Below, one piece after another: positions 18,322 to 28,011 of a DNA stretch of 49,608 bases. This DNA comes from an uncultured Chthoniobacterales bacterium. GTDB lineage: Bacteria; Verrucomicrobiota; Verrucomicrobiia; Chthoniobacterales; UBA10450. Location: positions 1 to 49,608 of the forward strand of contig CATPAW010000137.1 of NCBI GenBank assembly GCA_955652255.1. Direction: 5' to 3'. Made by a program: the position numbers and the translations under genes. Positions within the stretch are counted from its first letter, which is position 1. Every line of letters begins with the position of its first letter. The notes under the pieces are model-generated. The model was given only the letters and a program-made list of their open reading frames with translations, made no database searches and was not told the origin of the DNA.

Positions 18322-20148
18322 ATGGATTTAGCCGGCGTTCTGAAAAAGAATTTCGGCTACGACGAGTTTCGGCCGTTACAGGAGGAGATCGTCAAAGATG
18401 CGCTCGCGGGTCGCGATGTGTTTGCGTTGATGCCGACTGGCGGCGGGAAGTCGCTTTGCTTTCAACTGCCGGCTTTGTTGCGCGATGGTCTGACGATTGT
18501 GGTTTCGCCGTTGATTTCGTTGATGAAGGATCAGGTCGATGCGCTGCAAACCAGCGGAATCGCAGCGACGTTGTTGAATTCGACGTTAGATCGAAATGAA
18601 GCGGTCGAGCGGTTGCGCGGCTTGAATCGGGGTGAGTATCGATTGCTTTACGTCGCGCCGGAGCGTTTGATGCTCGATACATTTTTGGAGCGCGCGTTGA
18701 ACTGGAACATCGCGCAGATCGCGATCGACGAAGCGCATTGCATCAGCGAGTGGGGCCACGATTTTCGTCCGGAATATCGAGAGCTGAAAAAGTTGCGCAC
18801 ATATTTCCCAGATGTGCCGATCATGGCATTGACCGCGACTGCAACCGAGCGCGTGCGCAAAGATATTGTCGATCAATTGCATCTCCATGATGCGCGCTGC
18901 TACGTCGCGAGTTTCAATCGCCCGAACCTAACGTATCACGTCGTTCCGAAATCATCGCCTTATGAACAAGTGCTCACGTTGGTGCGAGCTCGCCCCAACG
19001 AAAGCGGCATCGTTTATTGCGCGAGCAGGAAGACGGCGGACAGGCTCGCGGCAAAATTGAGCGGGGATGGAATCAAGGCGAAGCCGTATCACGCCGGGCT
19101 CGAAGCGGTGGAGCGCACGAAGCACCAGGAGATGTTTCTGCGCGACGATGTGCGCGTGATCACTGCGACGATCGCGTTCGGCATGGGGATCAACAAACCG
19201 AATGTGCGCTTCGTGGTGCATCAGGATCTGCCGAAAAATATCGAGAGTTACTATCAGGAAACCGGGCGCGCGGGACGAGACGGATTGCCAAGCGATTGCC
19301 TGTTGCTTTTCAGCGCAAGCGACGTGGTGAAGCAGCGGCGTTTCATCGAGGAGAAAAGCGAACATGAGCAGCGGATCGCGCACGAGCAATTACGAACAAT
19401 GATTGCCTACGCGGAGACGCGCGAATGCCGGCGCGCGACGCTGCTGAAGTATTTCGGCGAAGACTTCGTGACGCCATCATGCGAAGGCTGCGATAATTGC
19501 CTGAATCCGCGCGAGACTTTCGACGGCACGCTGCACGCGCAGAAATTTTTATCGTGTGTTTATCGCATCCATTCCAAACACGGATTCGGGTTCGGCTTGA
19601 ATCACATTGTCGATGTCCTGGCGGGGGCCGAGACGGAAGGAATTCGACAGCGCAGTCATGATCAGCTTTCGACCTACGGCATTGGTCAGGACCTGAAACG
19701 TAGTGCCTGGCAGGCGATCGGGCGCGAATTATTGCGGCTCGGATTGGTCGCCGCCGCGCCGGGGAAATTTGCAACACTGCAACTCACCGATACCGGCCTG
19801 GCCGCGTTGCGCGAAAGGAAGCAAATCACGTTGACTAAACCATTCGAGGTCGAAGAAAAGAAGCGACCGAAACATCGCGCGGGCGAAATCGAATGTGACG
19901 AGGCGCTTTTCGAGCAGCTGCGCATTCTGCGCCGCAAGCTGGCCGACGAACGCAACGTGCCGGCCTACATCATTTTCTCCGATGTTGCGCTGCGCGAAAT
20001 GGCGTGCGCTTGTCCAACTACGGCAACAGAGTTCGGCCAGATTCCCGGCGTCGGTCAGCAAAAGCTGCGCGATTTCGCGAAGCCATTTACGGCCGCGATC
20101 ACCCAGTACCTTGCGAGCCGTTCGCCTCAAGCGTCAGAAATTCCGTGA
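18322..20148 (+). CDS. recQ: ATP-dependent DNA helicase RecQ
   Basis: FGYDEFRPLQ, MPTGGGKSLCFQLPA, DEAHCISEWGHDFRPEY, a zinc-binding CRR...C..CDNC and a C-terminal HRDC region. The first ATG is 18322; the track ORF begins at TTG 18286, overlapping the thrS stop. Confidence 0.9.
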   Translation: MDLAGVLKKNFGYDEFRPLQEEIVKDALAGRDVFALMPTGGGKSLCFQLPALLRDGLTIVVSPLISLMKDQVDALQTSGIAATLLNSTLDRNEAVERLRGLNRGEYRLLYVAPERLMLDTFLERALNWNIAQIAIDEAHCISEWGHDFRPEYRELKKLRTYFPDVPIMALTATATERVRKDIVDQLHLHDARCYVASFNRPNLTYHVVPKSSPYEQVLTLVRARPNESGIVYCASRKTADRLAAKLSGDGIKAKPYHAGLEAVERTKHQEMFLRDDVRVITATIAFGMGINKPNVRFVVHQDLPKNIESYYQETGRAGRDGLPSDCLLLFSASDVVKQRRFIEEKSEHEQRIAHEQLRTMIAYAETRECRRATLLKYFGEDFVTPSCEGCDNCLNPRETFDGTLHAQKFLSCVYRIHSKHGFGFGLNHIVDVLAGAETEGIRQRSHDQLSTYGIGQDLKRSAWQAIGRELLRLGLVAAAPGKFATLQLTDTGLAALRERKQITLTKPFEVEEKKRPKHRAGEIECDEALFEQLRILRRKLADERNVPAYIIFSDVALREMACACPTTATEFGQIPGVGQQKLRDFAKPFTAAITQYLASRSPQASEIP

Positions 20149-20193
20149 CTTCGTTGGCGAACAAGCGGTAAAAATTCAATCAAATCACTAAAG

Positions 20194-20808
20194 ATGATGA
20201 ATACGGGCAAAATTTTAGCGATCGTTGCATTGTCGATCTTGACCAGCGTTCTCGTGGTTTGGGCGCAGAATGACCCGCAAGTCGCGATTGCGAAGAAACA
20301 GGCCGCGCTCGAACGGCAACGGATCGAGCTGGAAAAAAAGAGTCTGGAGTTGCAACAAAAGGAACTCGATCTCGAAAAAGCGCGGCAGGAATTTCAGGCG
20401 CAGCAAATCGGCCGCTCACTGAGCATGAATTTATCCGGTGACGTGCTTTTCGATTATGACAAAGTTGAGCTGAAACCAGCGGCGGAGGAAGCGCTCAAGA
20501 AAGTGGCGATAGTGCTGTCACCGTTTCCTGAAAGCAAGGTGACGGTGGAAGGTTACACCGATTCAAAAGGAACGAAGGCTGTGAACATGCAGCTTTCGCG
20601 CGAGCGCGCGCAGGCGGTGAAGGACTGGCTGGTGAAAAACGGCGGCGTCGCGCCCGCGAATATTTTTACGAAAGGGTTCGGCGGAGAATATCCGATTGCG
20701 CCAAACAAAAACACCGATGGCTCGGACAATCCGCTTGGCCGCGCGTTGAACCGCCGCGTGTCGATTATCGTGGAGAAGCCAGCGGCTTCCACGCCTCCAA
20801 CGCCTTAA
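20194..20808 (+). CDS. OmpA-family protein (signal peptide + coiled coil + OmpA_C peptidoglycan-binding domain)
   Basis: VLFDYDKVELKPAAEEALKKVA...VEGYTDSKGT...NMQLSRERAQAVKDWL...NRRVSI is the OmpA_C-like signature. Confidence 0.85.
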   Translation: MMNTGKILAIVALSILTSVLVVWAQNDPQVAIAKKQAALERQRIELEKKSLELQQKELDLEKARQEFQAQQIGRSLSMNLSGDVLFDYDKVELKPAAEEALKKVAIVLSPFPESKVTVEGYTDSKGTKAVNMQLSRERAQAVKDWLVKNGGVAPANIFTKGFGGEYPIAPNKNTDGSDNPLGRALNRRVSIIVEKPAASTPPTP

Positions 20809-21080
20809 ATAGAACGCGAGAGTTGTAGGGCGGGCGCTCCGCCTGCCTAACCTTCCTAGCGCTTCTTACGCCTTTTCGTCGGCAACTTTTTGCGCTTCGT
20901 CTTCGCGAACTCACGCAATTGGTTCTCGCTCATCGAGGCCGCCATGTGATGCGCCTCTGAGCGATGACTTCGATCGTTTTCCGCGTTTCGCGGCGAGCGC
21001 CGCACCAGCCGCCATCTGTTGTTTTTCTTGATTTTGCAGGCATACCAAGATTTCGTTTCCGGAACACGAAATGGATTTGC

Positions 21081-22640
21081 TCAGACTACGTCGCCTTTTC
21101 GCCAGAGAAGATAAACCGGCGCGCCGGTCAGCACGATCAGGATTCCGATCCCAGAAGTCGCGGGAGCGAGCCAGGCAAGATCGACAATGAGCAATCCGGC
21201 GAGCAAGATCGACATGAATGGCACAATCGGATAACCCCAGGTGCTATAGGGACGTTCCGCCGCGGGCGCTTTTCGTCGCAAGATGATGAGCGCCGCAACC
21301 ATCAGGATATAAAAGATTAAATCAGCGGAAACAATGTACTCGAGTAATTGGGTGTAGACATTTCCGTAAGTCACCTCGCGTGTCGCGGTATCGGTCGTGA
21401 CGGTGCGCGGCAAAGTCAAAAACGCAGTCCAGATTCCCTGCGCGACCAATGCCGCCGCGGGGACGTGATGGCGATTGGTCGTCCCAACTCTTCTGAAAAA
21501 CAGCCGATCGCGCGCCATCGCAAAATAGACTCGGGCGCCGGAGAGAATCAGCCCGTTGTTGCAACCGAAAGTCGAGATCATGATCGCAGCCGCCATGCAC
21601 ATCGCGCCCGGATTTCCAAAAACGGCGGCCATCGCCGCCACAGCCACGCGATTTTGCGGAGCGTGTTGGATTTCGGAAAATGGCAACAGAGCAAGATAAG
21701 CAACGTTCGCCAGCAGATAAAGGATTACCACGCTTCCGCAGCCGAAGAGCAATGCGCGCACCAGATTTCGCGCGGGATCGCGCACTTCGCTTCCGATGAA
21801 CGTGACATTCGTCCAGGCCGTTTGCGCAAAAAGCGGGCCGACCATTGATTTTCCAAAAAGCAGTGCGAGCGCAAGTCCGCCCACGAATGTGAATCCGGGC
21901 TGTGCAAGTTGTGGACTCCAGCCGTTCGCCCACGAATTCCACCATGCCGACGTCCGCGCGGCGCAGTTCGCATTCCAGCCGAACGCCAAGCCGATGACGA
22001 CCACCCCGGCGAGCGCCGCTGTCTTGGCAAACGTAAAAGTGTTTTGCACAAGTTTGCCGATCTCGAGTCCGCGCGTGTTTGTCCACGTCAGCAGAGCGAT
22101 CAATGCGATCGCCATTAGTTGTTCGTTCGACAAACTGATCGCGTAGCCGCCTAACGAGACCGGCGCGATCAAATAATTGTCCGGCGCGACTGCCGAGACA
22201 AAAACGCCCATAAATTTTGCAAATGCGATCGCTACGGCCGCGATTGTTCCGGTTTGAATGACGAGGAATAATGTCCAGCCATACAAAAATCCGATCGACG
22301 GACCGTAAGCTTCGCGCAGGAAAACATAAACGCCGCCCGCGCGCGGCATCATTGTCGCGAGCTCGGAACAGGAAAGCGCACCAGTGATTGTGAGCAAGCC
22401 GGCAACAGCCCATGCCAGCAACAGCCAACCGGGCGCGCCGATCAATCGCGACGATTCCGCCGATGTAATAAAAATGCCCGAGCCAATCATCGAACCCATC
22501 ACGATCATAGTCGCGTCGATCGGGCCGAGAGCGCGGACCAACTTTGGGTCCTTTCGATTATCGATCTTGCCGTTCACGATCCACACGCTAGGGCGAGACT
22601 CAACTGCCAGTCCGGCTCGAACCGAGCCGGCGAATTCCAC
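21081..22640 (-). CDS. APC superfamily amino acid permease
   Basis: Twelve predicted TM segments and an N-terminal ...ALGPIDATMIVMGSMIGSGIFI motif. GTG start is uncertain, with in-frame GTGs about 18-21 codons downstream. Confidence 0.8.
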   Translation of the reverse strand: MEFAGSVRAGLAVESRPSVWIVNGKIDNRKDPKLVRALGPIDATMIVMGSMIGSGIFITSAESSRLIGAPGWLLLAWAVAGLLTITGALSCSELATMMPRAGGVYVFLREAYGPSIGFLYGWTLFLVIQTGTIAAVAIAFAKFMGVFVSAVAPDNYLIAPVSLGGYAISLSNEQLMAIALIALLTWTNTRGLEIGKLVQNTFTFAKTAALAGVVVIGLAFGWNANCAARTSAWWNSWANGWSPQLAQPGFTFVGGLALALLFGKSMVGPLFAQTAWTNVTFIGSEVRDPARNLVRALLFGCGSVVILYLLANVAYLALLPFSEIQHAPQNRVAVAAMAAVFGNPGAMCMAAAIMISTFGCNNGLILSGARVYFAMARDRLFFRRVGTTNRHHVPAAALVAQGIWTAFLTLPRTVTTDTATREVTYGNVYTQLLEYIVSADLIFYILMVAALIILRRKAPAAERPYSTWGYPIVPFMSILLAGLLIVDLAWLAPATSGIGILIVLTGAPVYLLWRKGDVV

Positions 22641-22677
22641 GGCTCCGCGGAGTGTCGCCCTGCCAAAACATGCGTTG

Positions 22678-23427
22678 TTATGATTTTGGCGGCGCGATTG
22701 TCACGCCTTCATTTTTAAGCTGCGCTCGCAACGCGCGCGCGAATTCCACCGCACCCGGCGTGTCGCCGTGCACACAAACTGTTTCGGCTTGTACGTCGAT
22801 ATCAACTCCATCGACAGATCGAACTTTGTCTTCGCGCAACATCCGCAGAACGCGCGCCGCGGCTTCCACGGGATCGTACAGCAATGCGTCCAGGCGCGTG
22901 CGCGGAACAAGCGTGCCATCCGCAAGATAATTGCGGTCCGCAAAGACTTCGCCCGCGATTTTCAGTCCGCTTGCTTCGGCCATACGCGCGAGCGCGCTGC
23001 CATCCGGCGCAAAAAGAATCAACGTTCGGTCGGTGCTCGTAATGGCGTGTGCAACCGCGCCGGCAATTCTCTCGTCGCGCGCCGCGATGTGATAGAGCGC
23101 GCCATGCGGCTTTACGTGATTCGGGCGCACACCGAGCGCTTCTGCAATCGCGCTAAAAACTCCGAGCTGATAAGTCACCGCGTCGCAAACCTCCTCGGGC
23201 GTGACCGGCAATTCTTTCCGGCCGAAGTTTTCCCGATCGAAGAGGCTCGGATGCGCACCAACGGCAACGCCGTGGTCGCGCGCCGCTTCAATTGACCTGT
23301 GAATGGTGTCGGCGTCGCCGGCATGAAACCCGCACGCGATGTTCGCGGAAGTTACGAATTCAAGCAGCTCATCGTCGTGGCCGGCGCCTTCGCCGAGGTC
23401 GGCGTTAAGATCGACAACCAACTTCAT
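22678..23427 (-). CDS. pxpA: 5-oxoprolinase subunit A (LamB/YcsF family)
   Basis: MKLVVDLNADLGEGAGHDDELLEFVTSANIACGFHAGD is the LamB/YcsF N-terminus. The gene is operonic with pxpB/pxpC. Confidence 0.85.
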   Translation of the reverse strand: MKLVVDLNADLGEGAGHDDELLEFVTSANIACGFHAGDADTIHRSIEAARDHGVAVGAHPSLFDRENFGRKELPVTPEEVCDAVTYQLGVFSAIAEALGVRPNHVKPHGALYHIAARDERIAGAVAHAITSTDRTLILFAPDGSALARMAEASGLKIAGEVFADRNYLADGTLVPRTRLDALLYDPVEAAARVLRMLREDKVRSVDGVDIDVQAETVCVHGDTPGAVEFARALRAQLKNEGVTIAPPKS

Positions 23428-24410
23428 GAGAAGTGCGGTTGCAGCCCGCGCCGGAACTGCTCGAGGTTCTGCTCGCGATTAATCAAAAGGTGGTGCGCAT
23501 CAGCAAGCGTAACTTCGCGAAAGCGAACCTCATCGCCACCGCGAAGTTGAGCCGCAATTGAAAGATCGACCGTAATCACGTGCGCGATTTTCGGATAACC
23601 GCCAATGGTTTGGCAATCTCCGAGCAAGAGGATCGGTTTCCCACTTGGCGGGATTTGGATCGTGCCGGGAGCAACCGCTTCCGAGACAAGATCGACAAGT
23701 TCATTTGCTTTCAGCTGCGGACCTTCGAAACGCACTCCCATTCGATCCGAATCAGGCGAGACAGTGAATTTGTCGCCGGTGAACCGTCGAACCGTTACAT
23801 TGTCAAAACGGTTCCACTCAGAGCCGCGGATAACGCGCAGAGTTGGTTCACGTTTGGCCGGGCTCGACCAGTCATGCGGAGGTTTCCAGCGTGCGATCCT
23901 TTCTCTCTGCAATTTGTCGATCAAGATCCTGGTGCGCTCGGAATTTTTGCCGAGCGGAAGTTCATCGCCGTGGCACAACGCACGGCCCTCCTTTCCGCCG
24001 AAATTTCCCCGCAAATCAGTTGATCGACTGCCGAGCACAACCGGCACGTCGAATCCGCCAGAAACTGCAATCCAAGCGCGGCATCCGGTTTTTGGCCGCT
24101 CGATCCCCATTTCGTCGCCTTCTCGAATAACGACTGGATGACCGACCGGCAACGATGTCGATCCGGAGCGCGCATCGAATTCGCCGCCGCTCCAGGCCAT
24201 AAGTCGTTCATCCACGAACCGCAATTGCAAGCCGCCGAAGGTGACCTCCAGTCCAGCGGCCGATTCGTTATTGCCAACAAGCAGATTGGCAACGCGCAAC
24301 GCATGCGCATCGAGCGCGCCGCCGAGCGATACACCAAATTGGCGAAATCCAGTGCGACCAAAATCCTGTACGGTCGTGGAAAATCCGGCACGAACAGCAG
24401 TCGCATTCAC
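23424..24410 (-). CDS. pxpC: 5-oxoprolinase subunit C (KipA / allophanate hydrolase subunit 2 family)
   Basis: GFSTTVQDFGRTGFRQFGVSLGGALD and GTIQIPPSGKPILLLGDCQTIGGYPKIA. GTGA overlap with pxpB. Confidence 0.85.
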   Translation of the reverse strand: MNATAVRAGFSTTVQDFGRTGFRQFGVSLGGALDAHALRVANLLVGNNESAAGLEVTFGGLQLRFVDERLMAWSGGEFDARSGSTSLPVGHPVVIREGDEMGIERPKTGCRAWIAVSGGFDVPVVLGSRSTDLRGNFGGKEGRALCHGDELPLGKNSERTRILIDKLQRERIARWKPPHDWSSPAKREPTLRVIRGSEWNRFDNVTVRRFTGDKFTVSPDSDRMGVRFEGPQLKANELVDLVSEAVAPGTIQIPPSGKPILLLGDCQTIGGYPKIAHVITVDLSIAAQLRGGDEVRFREVTLADAHHLLINREQNLEQFRRGLQPHFS

Positions 24411-25120
24411 CTTGTCGATCTTTCAAATTCGTCGCGCGAGATCGCGCAGAAGCGGACACGATCACCCGCGCGGAGAAGCGCGGGAGGATTTTTTTGGGGA
24501 TCGAACAAACGCAGCGGCGTGCGACCGATCAGATTCCAGCCGCCTGGCGACTGTACCGGATAAATTCCGGTCTGCGCTCCGCCGATCGCGACTGAGCCGC
24601 TGGGAATTTCTTTTCGAGGAGTAGAACGACGCGGCGTCGCCAGTTTAGACGGCAATCCGCCGAGAAAAGGAAAGCCCGGCGTAAATCCAATGCAATGGAC
24701 GCGATATTCCGACGCGCAGTAAAGATCGACAACTTCCTGCGCGCCAAGTCCGGCGTGCTGCGCAATTTCATCAAGATCGAGAGCAAATTCCGCGTCGTAA
24801 CAAACCGGGATTTGGATTGGAGACGTCTCCATTCGATCGGCACGCACTTCGTTTGCATTTAAAATCACTTCCCGAATCCGTTCCGCCAGCCATTCGAACA
24901 CTTCATCCGGTTTTGCGCCGGAGGCGACGACACGCACGGGATCGAAAAATACCCCAACGGTCGTATAAGCCGGCGCAAGCTCGATCACCCCGGGAAGTTG
25001 TGCATTTTCCAGAAGCCGTCGCGTAGCAAGGACAGCATTCAGCGCTTCATCGGGCGCGCCGTCGAAGTTTTTACGAACCCGAACGATGAGGGCGGAATCT
25101 CCGAGCGGCGCAATTTCCAT
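24407..25120 (-). CDS. pxpB: 5-oxoprolinase subunit B (KipI / allophanate hydrolase subunit 1 family)
   Basis: APLGDSALIV..., YRVHCIGFTPGFPFLGGLP and GSVAIGGAQTGIYPVQSPGGWNLIGRTP. Confidence 0.85.
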   Translation of the reverse strand: MEIAPLGDSALIVRVRKNFDGAPDEALNAVLATRRLLENAQLPGVIELAPAYTTVGVFFDPVRVVASGAKPDEVFEWLAERIREVILNANEVRADRMETSPIQIPVCYDAEFALDLDEIAQHAGLGAQEVVDLYCASEYRVHCIGFTPGFPFLGGLPSKLATPRRSTPRKEIPSGSVAIGGAQTGIYPVQSPGGWNLIGRTPLRLFDPQKNPPALLRAGDRVRFCAISRDEFERSTR

Positions 25121-25380
25121 TAAGATGAGGCATCTTTTGCCTTCGCATTTTGAGGCGAAACGGCTTCAGCAACGTTTTCCATGTGCTCTTTAATCTCGTG
25201 CACTTTCGGATGCACTTCGCGGATCAAATCATGTTCGGCTTCGGAAAGTCGTTCGATGCGTGTGGTCATTTCGTGCAACTCTTTCAACATCGTGTCCTGG
25301 CGGGATGAGATGCGATGCATCCACCAAAAACAGACGGACCAGCAGCCCAGACCGATCCAGGTAAGGGCGAAGACGATCAT
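25120..25380 (-). CDS. small hypothetical membrane protein (one N-terminal TM plus a charged helical tail)
   Basis: 86 aa. MIVFALTWIGLGCWSVCFWWM TM segment, then an E/H/K-rich helix. It is tightly packed between the YceI and pxpB genes (TAATG junction). Confidence 0.5.
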   Translation of the reverse strand: MIVFALTWIGLGCWSVCFWWMHRISSRQDTMLKELHEMTTRIERLSEAEHDLIREVHPKVHEIKEHMENVAEAVSPQNAKAKDASS

Positions 25381-25381
25381 A

Positions 25382-25963
25382 TCACTGTGTCCGCGTCGCT
25401 TCGATCTCGATGTTGATCGTCACATCCTGGCTGATCCCGGAGACAGCTTCCGCTCCCGGACTGAACATTAAATTGAACTCGCGGCGTTTGAGCGGCTCGG
25501 TCGTCACAACCCAACGCGTTTGTTTCGCTTCGTTCGAGATCGAGCCCACCAATTTTACATGCAGCGTGATCGGTTTCGTCACCCCGTGCATGGTAAGATC
25601 GCCGAGAATGTCGCCGCCCTGCTGCCCGATCCGTTTCACGCTGCGGCTCTTGAAATTGATTTTGGGAAATTTCTCGACATTGAAAAATTCCGGGCTGCGC
25701 AAATGATTGTCGCGTTTAGCGATTCCGGTGTCGATACTGCGGACATCGATTCTTGCCACGACGGAGGATTTGTCGGGCTGCTCGAGGTCGATCTTGCCGT
25801 CGAATTTCGTGAACCTGCCGGTCGTCGCAGCAAAGAATTGGTGAACCTCGAATCCGATCATCGAATGCGATTGATCGAATTTATAAGTCTCGTTCGCCAC
25901 CGCGGCTGAACTCAGGGCGAAGAAAACAAGAGTGATCGAGGTCAGTCGAATTAATCGTTTCAT
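25382..25963 (-). CDS. YceI family periplasmic polyisoprenoid-binding protein
   Basis: YKFDQSHSMIGFEVHQFFAATTGRF..F.G.I and LTMHGVTKPITL. ATG 25963 is preceded by AAGGAGAAACACTG; the longer track ORF would overlap recO. Confidence 0.8.
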   Translation of the reverse strand: MKRLIRLTSITLVFFALSSAAVANETYKFDQSHSMIGFEVHQFFAATTGRFTKFDGKIDLEQPDKSSVVARIDVRSIDTGIAKRDNHLRSPEFFNVEKFPKINFKSRSVKRIGQQGGDILGDLTMHGVTKPITLHVKLVGSISNEAKQTRWVVTTEPLKRREFNLMFSPGAEAVSGISQDVTINIEIEATRTQ

Positions 25964-26005
25964 CAGTGTTTCTCCTTCATTTGTTCGGATGCGTTGCCCT
26001 GCCAA

Positions 26006-26587
26006 CTATACCGACGCAAGCGTCTTCAAAAGTGGCGCACGAGACAACGGTAATCTCCCAAACAAATTCCCAAGCGCAAAAGCCGGATTGGCTTTCAGTT
26101 TTTTCCTGTCGTGCACACCGGCTATACGCGCAAGCTCACTTTCGAAATGCGAGACTGCGCGCAGATTCGGATCGTTGGCATCGAGAAAACGGAAGGCGCG
26201 GCCGAGCAAGGCAAAAAGTTCCGGTTCATGATGATCGCGCTCGGTGCAAATCTCGATCAGCTCCACAAAATAAGCCGCCGCCTGCGTGCGCAAATAATTC
26301 TTGCGGATACCGGCAAAGGTATTTCTCAACACCACTTCGGTAAGCGTATGCAGCGTCGATCTCCGGCTTGAGATAATTGAGATCTCTGCTTCAAAGAAAA
26401 GGTCGAGCTTGCCCGCGAACGGGCTTTTGGCGCGGCGCGCGCCTTTGGCCACGGTTTGAATGCAGCCCAGCGATTCCGTGCACCATGAAACGATCAGGCT
26501 GGTGTCGCTGAACTTTCGTTTGCGCAAAAGAATCGCGGCGGTGCTTTGCACGCCGCAAGTTAGCACGTCGAAGCGGTCGCCCTGCAA
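26006..26587 (-). CDS. recO: DNA repair protein RecO
   Basis: AAILLRKRKFSDTSLIVSWCTESLGCIQTVAKGARRAKSPFAGKLDLFFEAEI is the RecO N-terminal OB-fold pattern. The TTG start is uncertain (GTGs at 26566 and 26551). Confidence 0.75.
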   Translation of the reverse strand: MQGDRFDVLTCGVQSTAAILLRKRKFSDTSLIVSWCTESLGCIQTVAKGARRAKSPFAGKLDLFFEAEISIISSRRSTLHTLTEVVLRNTFAGIRKNYLRTQAAAYFVELIEICTERDHHEPELFALLGRAFRFLDANDPNLRAVSHFESELARIAGVHDRKKLKANPAFALGNLFGRLPLSRAPLLKTLASV

Positions 26588-26604
26588 TTGCGCGCGCGGG
26601 CGGC

Positions 26605-28011
26605 CTAACGATTCATGATGTGCAGAGCGCGCTTCTCCACATTAAGCGCGGCTTCTTTGACCGCTTCACTCAACGTTGGATGGGAGTGACAGGTGCGCCC
26701 GAGATCTTCGGAGCTGCCGCCGAACTCGATAACCGAAACGGCTTCGGCGATTAATTCCGAGGCCGCGTGTTGCAAAATATGCGCGCCGAGAATGCGGTCT
26801 GTCTTCGCGTCGGCGATGAACTTGGCTATTCCCTCGAGATCTTCGTTCGCCACCGCGCGACCGGTGGCGCGAAACGGAAATTTGCCGACACGATAATCGA
26901 TCCCCTTCTCTTTCGCCTGTTCTTCAGTCAGCCCGACACCCGCGAGCTCAGGATTCGTGTAAATGATTCCAGCAATCGCGTCGTAATTTATGTGACCGGC
27001 CTTTCCGGCAATGTGTTCAACGCAGGCGATGCCTTCGTCTGACGATTTGTGCGCCAGCATCGGGCCGGCGATCACGTCGCCGATGGCGTAAATGCCTTCG
27101 ACATTCGTCTTAAAATGCTTGTCGACTTTGATCCGCTTCTTTTCGTCGAGTTCGACGCCCACTTTTTCCGCGCCGAGTCCTTCGGAAAACGGACGGCGTC
27201 CGACCGAAACGAGCACTTTGTCGGCATCGAATTTCAGCTCTTCTTTTCCTTTGTTCCCGGTCGCGGTGACACGCCCATTGTCGACCTTGACCGCGCTCAC
27301 TTTGGTTTCGAGATGAAACGTGATCCCCTGCGCGGTGAGCGAGCGCTGGAGCATGTTCGATAGCTCCAGATCGAAGCCGACGGCGATGCGCGGCAAAAAT
27401 TCGAGAATCGTTACTTCCGATCCGAGCCGGGCCCAAACCGATCCGAGCTCCAGCCCAATCGCGCCCGCGCCGATCACCAAAAATTTGGGCGGCGGTTCCG
27501 TAAACGTAAGCGCTTCGGTGCTGCTAACGATCGTCTTTCCGTCAAACTTCGCGAATGGCAGCTCAACCGCCGCGCTTCCGGTAGCGATAATGATATTTTT
27601 CGTTTCGATCTCCTGCGTCTTTCCGTCCGACGATTTGATCGAAACTTTCCCCGGCGCGGTGATGGTACCAACGCCTTCGAACGTCGTGACCTTGTTCGTT
27701 TTCATGAGCGCGCGAACACCGCTGTTCATCGTTTTTACGACCTTGTCTTTGCGCTGCTGCATCTTCGCAAGATCGACACTTGCGTTCTCGATCACGATGC
27801 CGTGTTTTCCCGCTTCCTTTTTTGCGAATATGAAATGATTGCTCGAGGTGAGCAGCGCCTTGCTCGGGATGCAGCCGACGTTCAGGCAAGTGCCGCCAAG
27901 CTCCTTGTCCTTCTCAATAATGGCGGTCTCTAAACCCAGCTGTCCGGCGCGGATCGCGGCGACGTAGCCGCCCGGTCCGGAACCGATGATAACAACATCA
28001 AATTTGTCCAT
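26605..28011 (-). CDS. lpdA: dihydrolipoyl dehydrogenase (E3)
   Basis: [35 protein letters not shown] redox disulfide, a second GAGAIGLE fold and HPTLSE at the C-terminus. ATG 28011 overlaps the sucB stop (TAATG). Confidence 0.9.
   Translation of the reverse strand: MDKFDVVIIGSGPGGYVAAIRAGQLGLETAIIEKDKELGGTCLNVGCIPSKALLTSSNHFIFAKKEAGKHGIVIENASVDLAKMQQRKDKVVKTMNSGVRALMKTNKVTTFEGVGTITAPGKVSIKSSDGKTQEIETKNIIIATGSAAVELPFAKFDGKTIVSSTEALTFTEPPPKFLVIGAGAIGLELGSVWARLGSEVTILEFLPRIAVGFDLELSNMLQRSLTAQGITFHLETKVSAVKVDNGRVTATGNKGKEELKFDADKVLVSVGRRPFSEGLGAEKVGVELDEKKRIKVDKHFKTNVEGIYAIGDVIAGPMLAHKSSDEGIACVEHIAGKAGHINYDAIAGIIYTNPELAGVGLTEEQAKEKGIDYRVGKFPFRATGRAVANEDLEGIAKFIADAKTDRILGAHILQHAASELIAEAVSVIEFGGSSEDLGRTCHSHPTLSEAVKEAALNVEKRALHIMNR

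Noticed and set aside
21322-22428. A long (368-aa) alternative-frame ORF inside the permease gene. Similar internal ORFs include 1742-2371, 10812-11678, 13203-13838, 17366-17917, 32372-32977, 34999-35697, 42078-42782 and 44456-45127.
   Set aside because: These are Arg/Pro/Gly-rich low-complexity translations with no family features. They overlap genes with strong family signatures entirely, which is typical of shadow ORFs in GC-rich DNA.
22678-26005. The YceI - small TM protein - PxpB/C/A cluster as a novel system.
   Set aside because: pxpABC is a well-known 5-oxoprolinase operon. The YceI and 86-aa membrane genes are probably co-transcribed only because of compaction, and nothing in the sequence indicates a new function.
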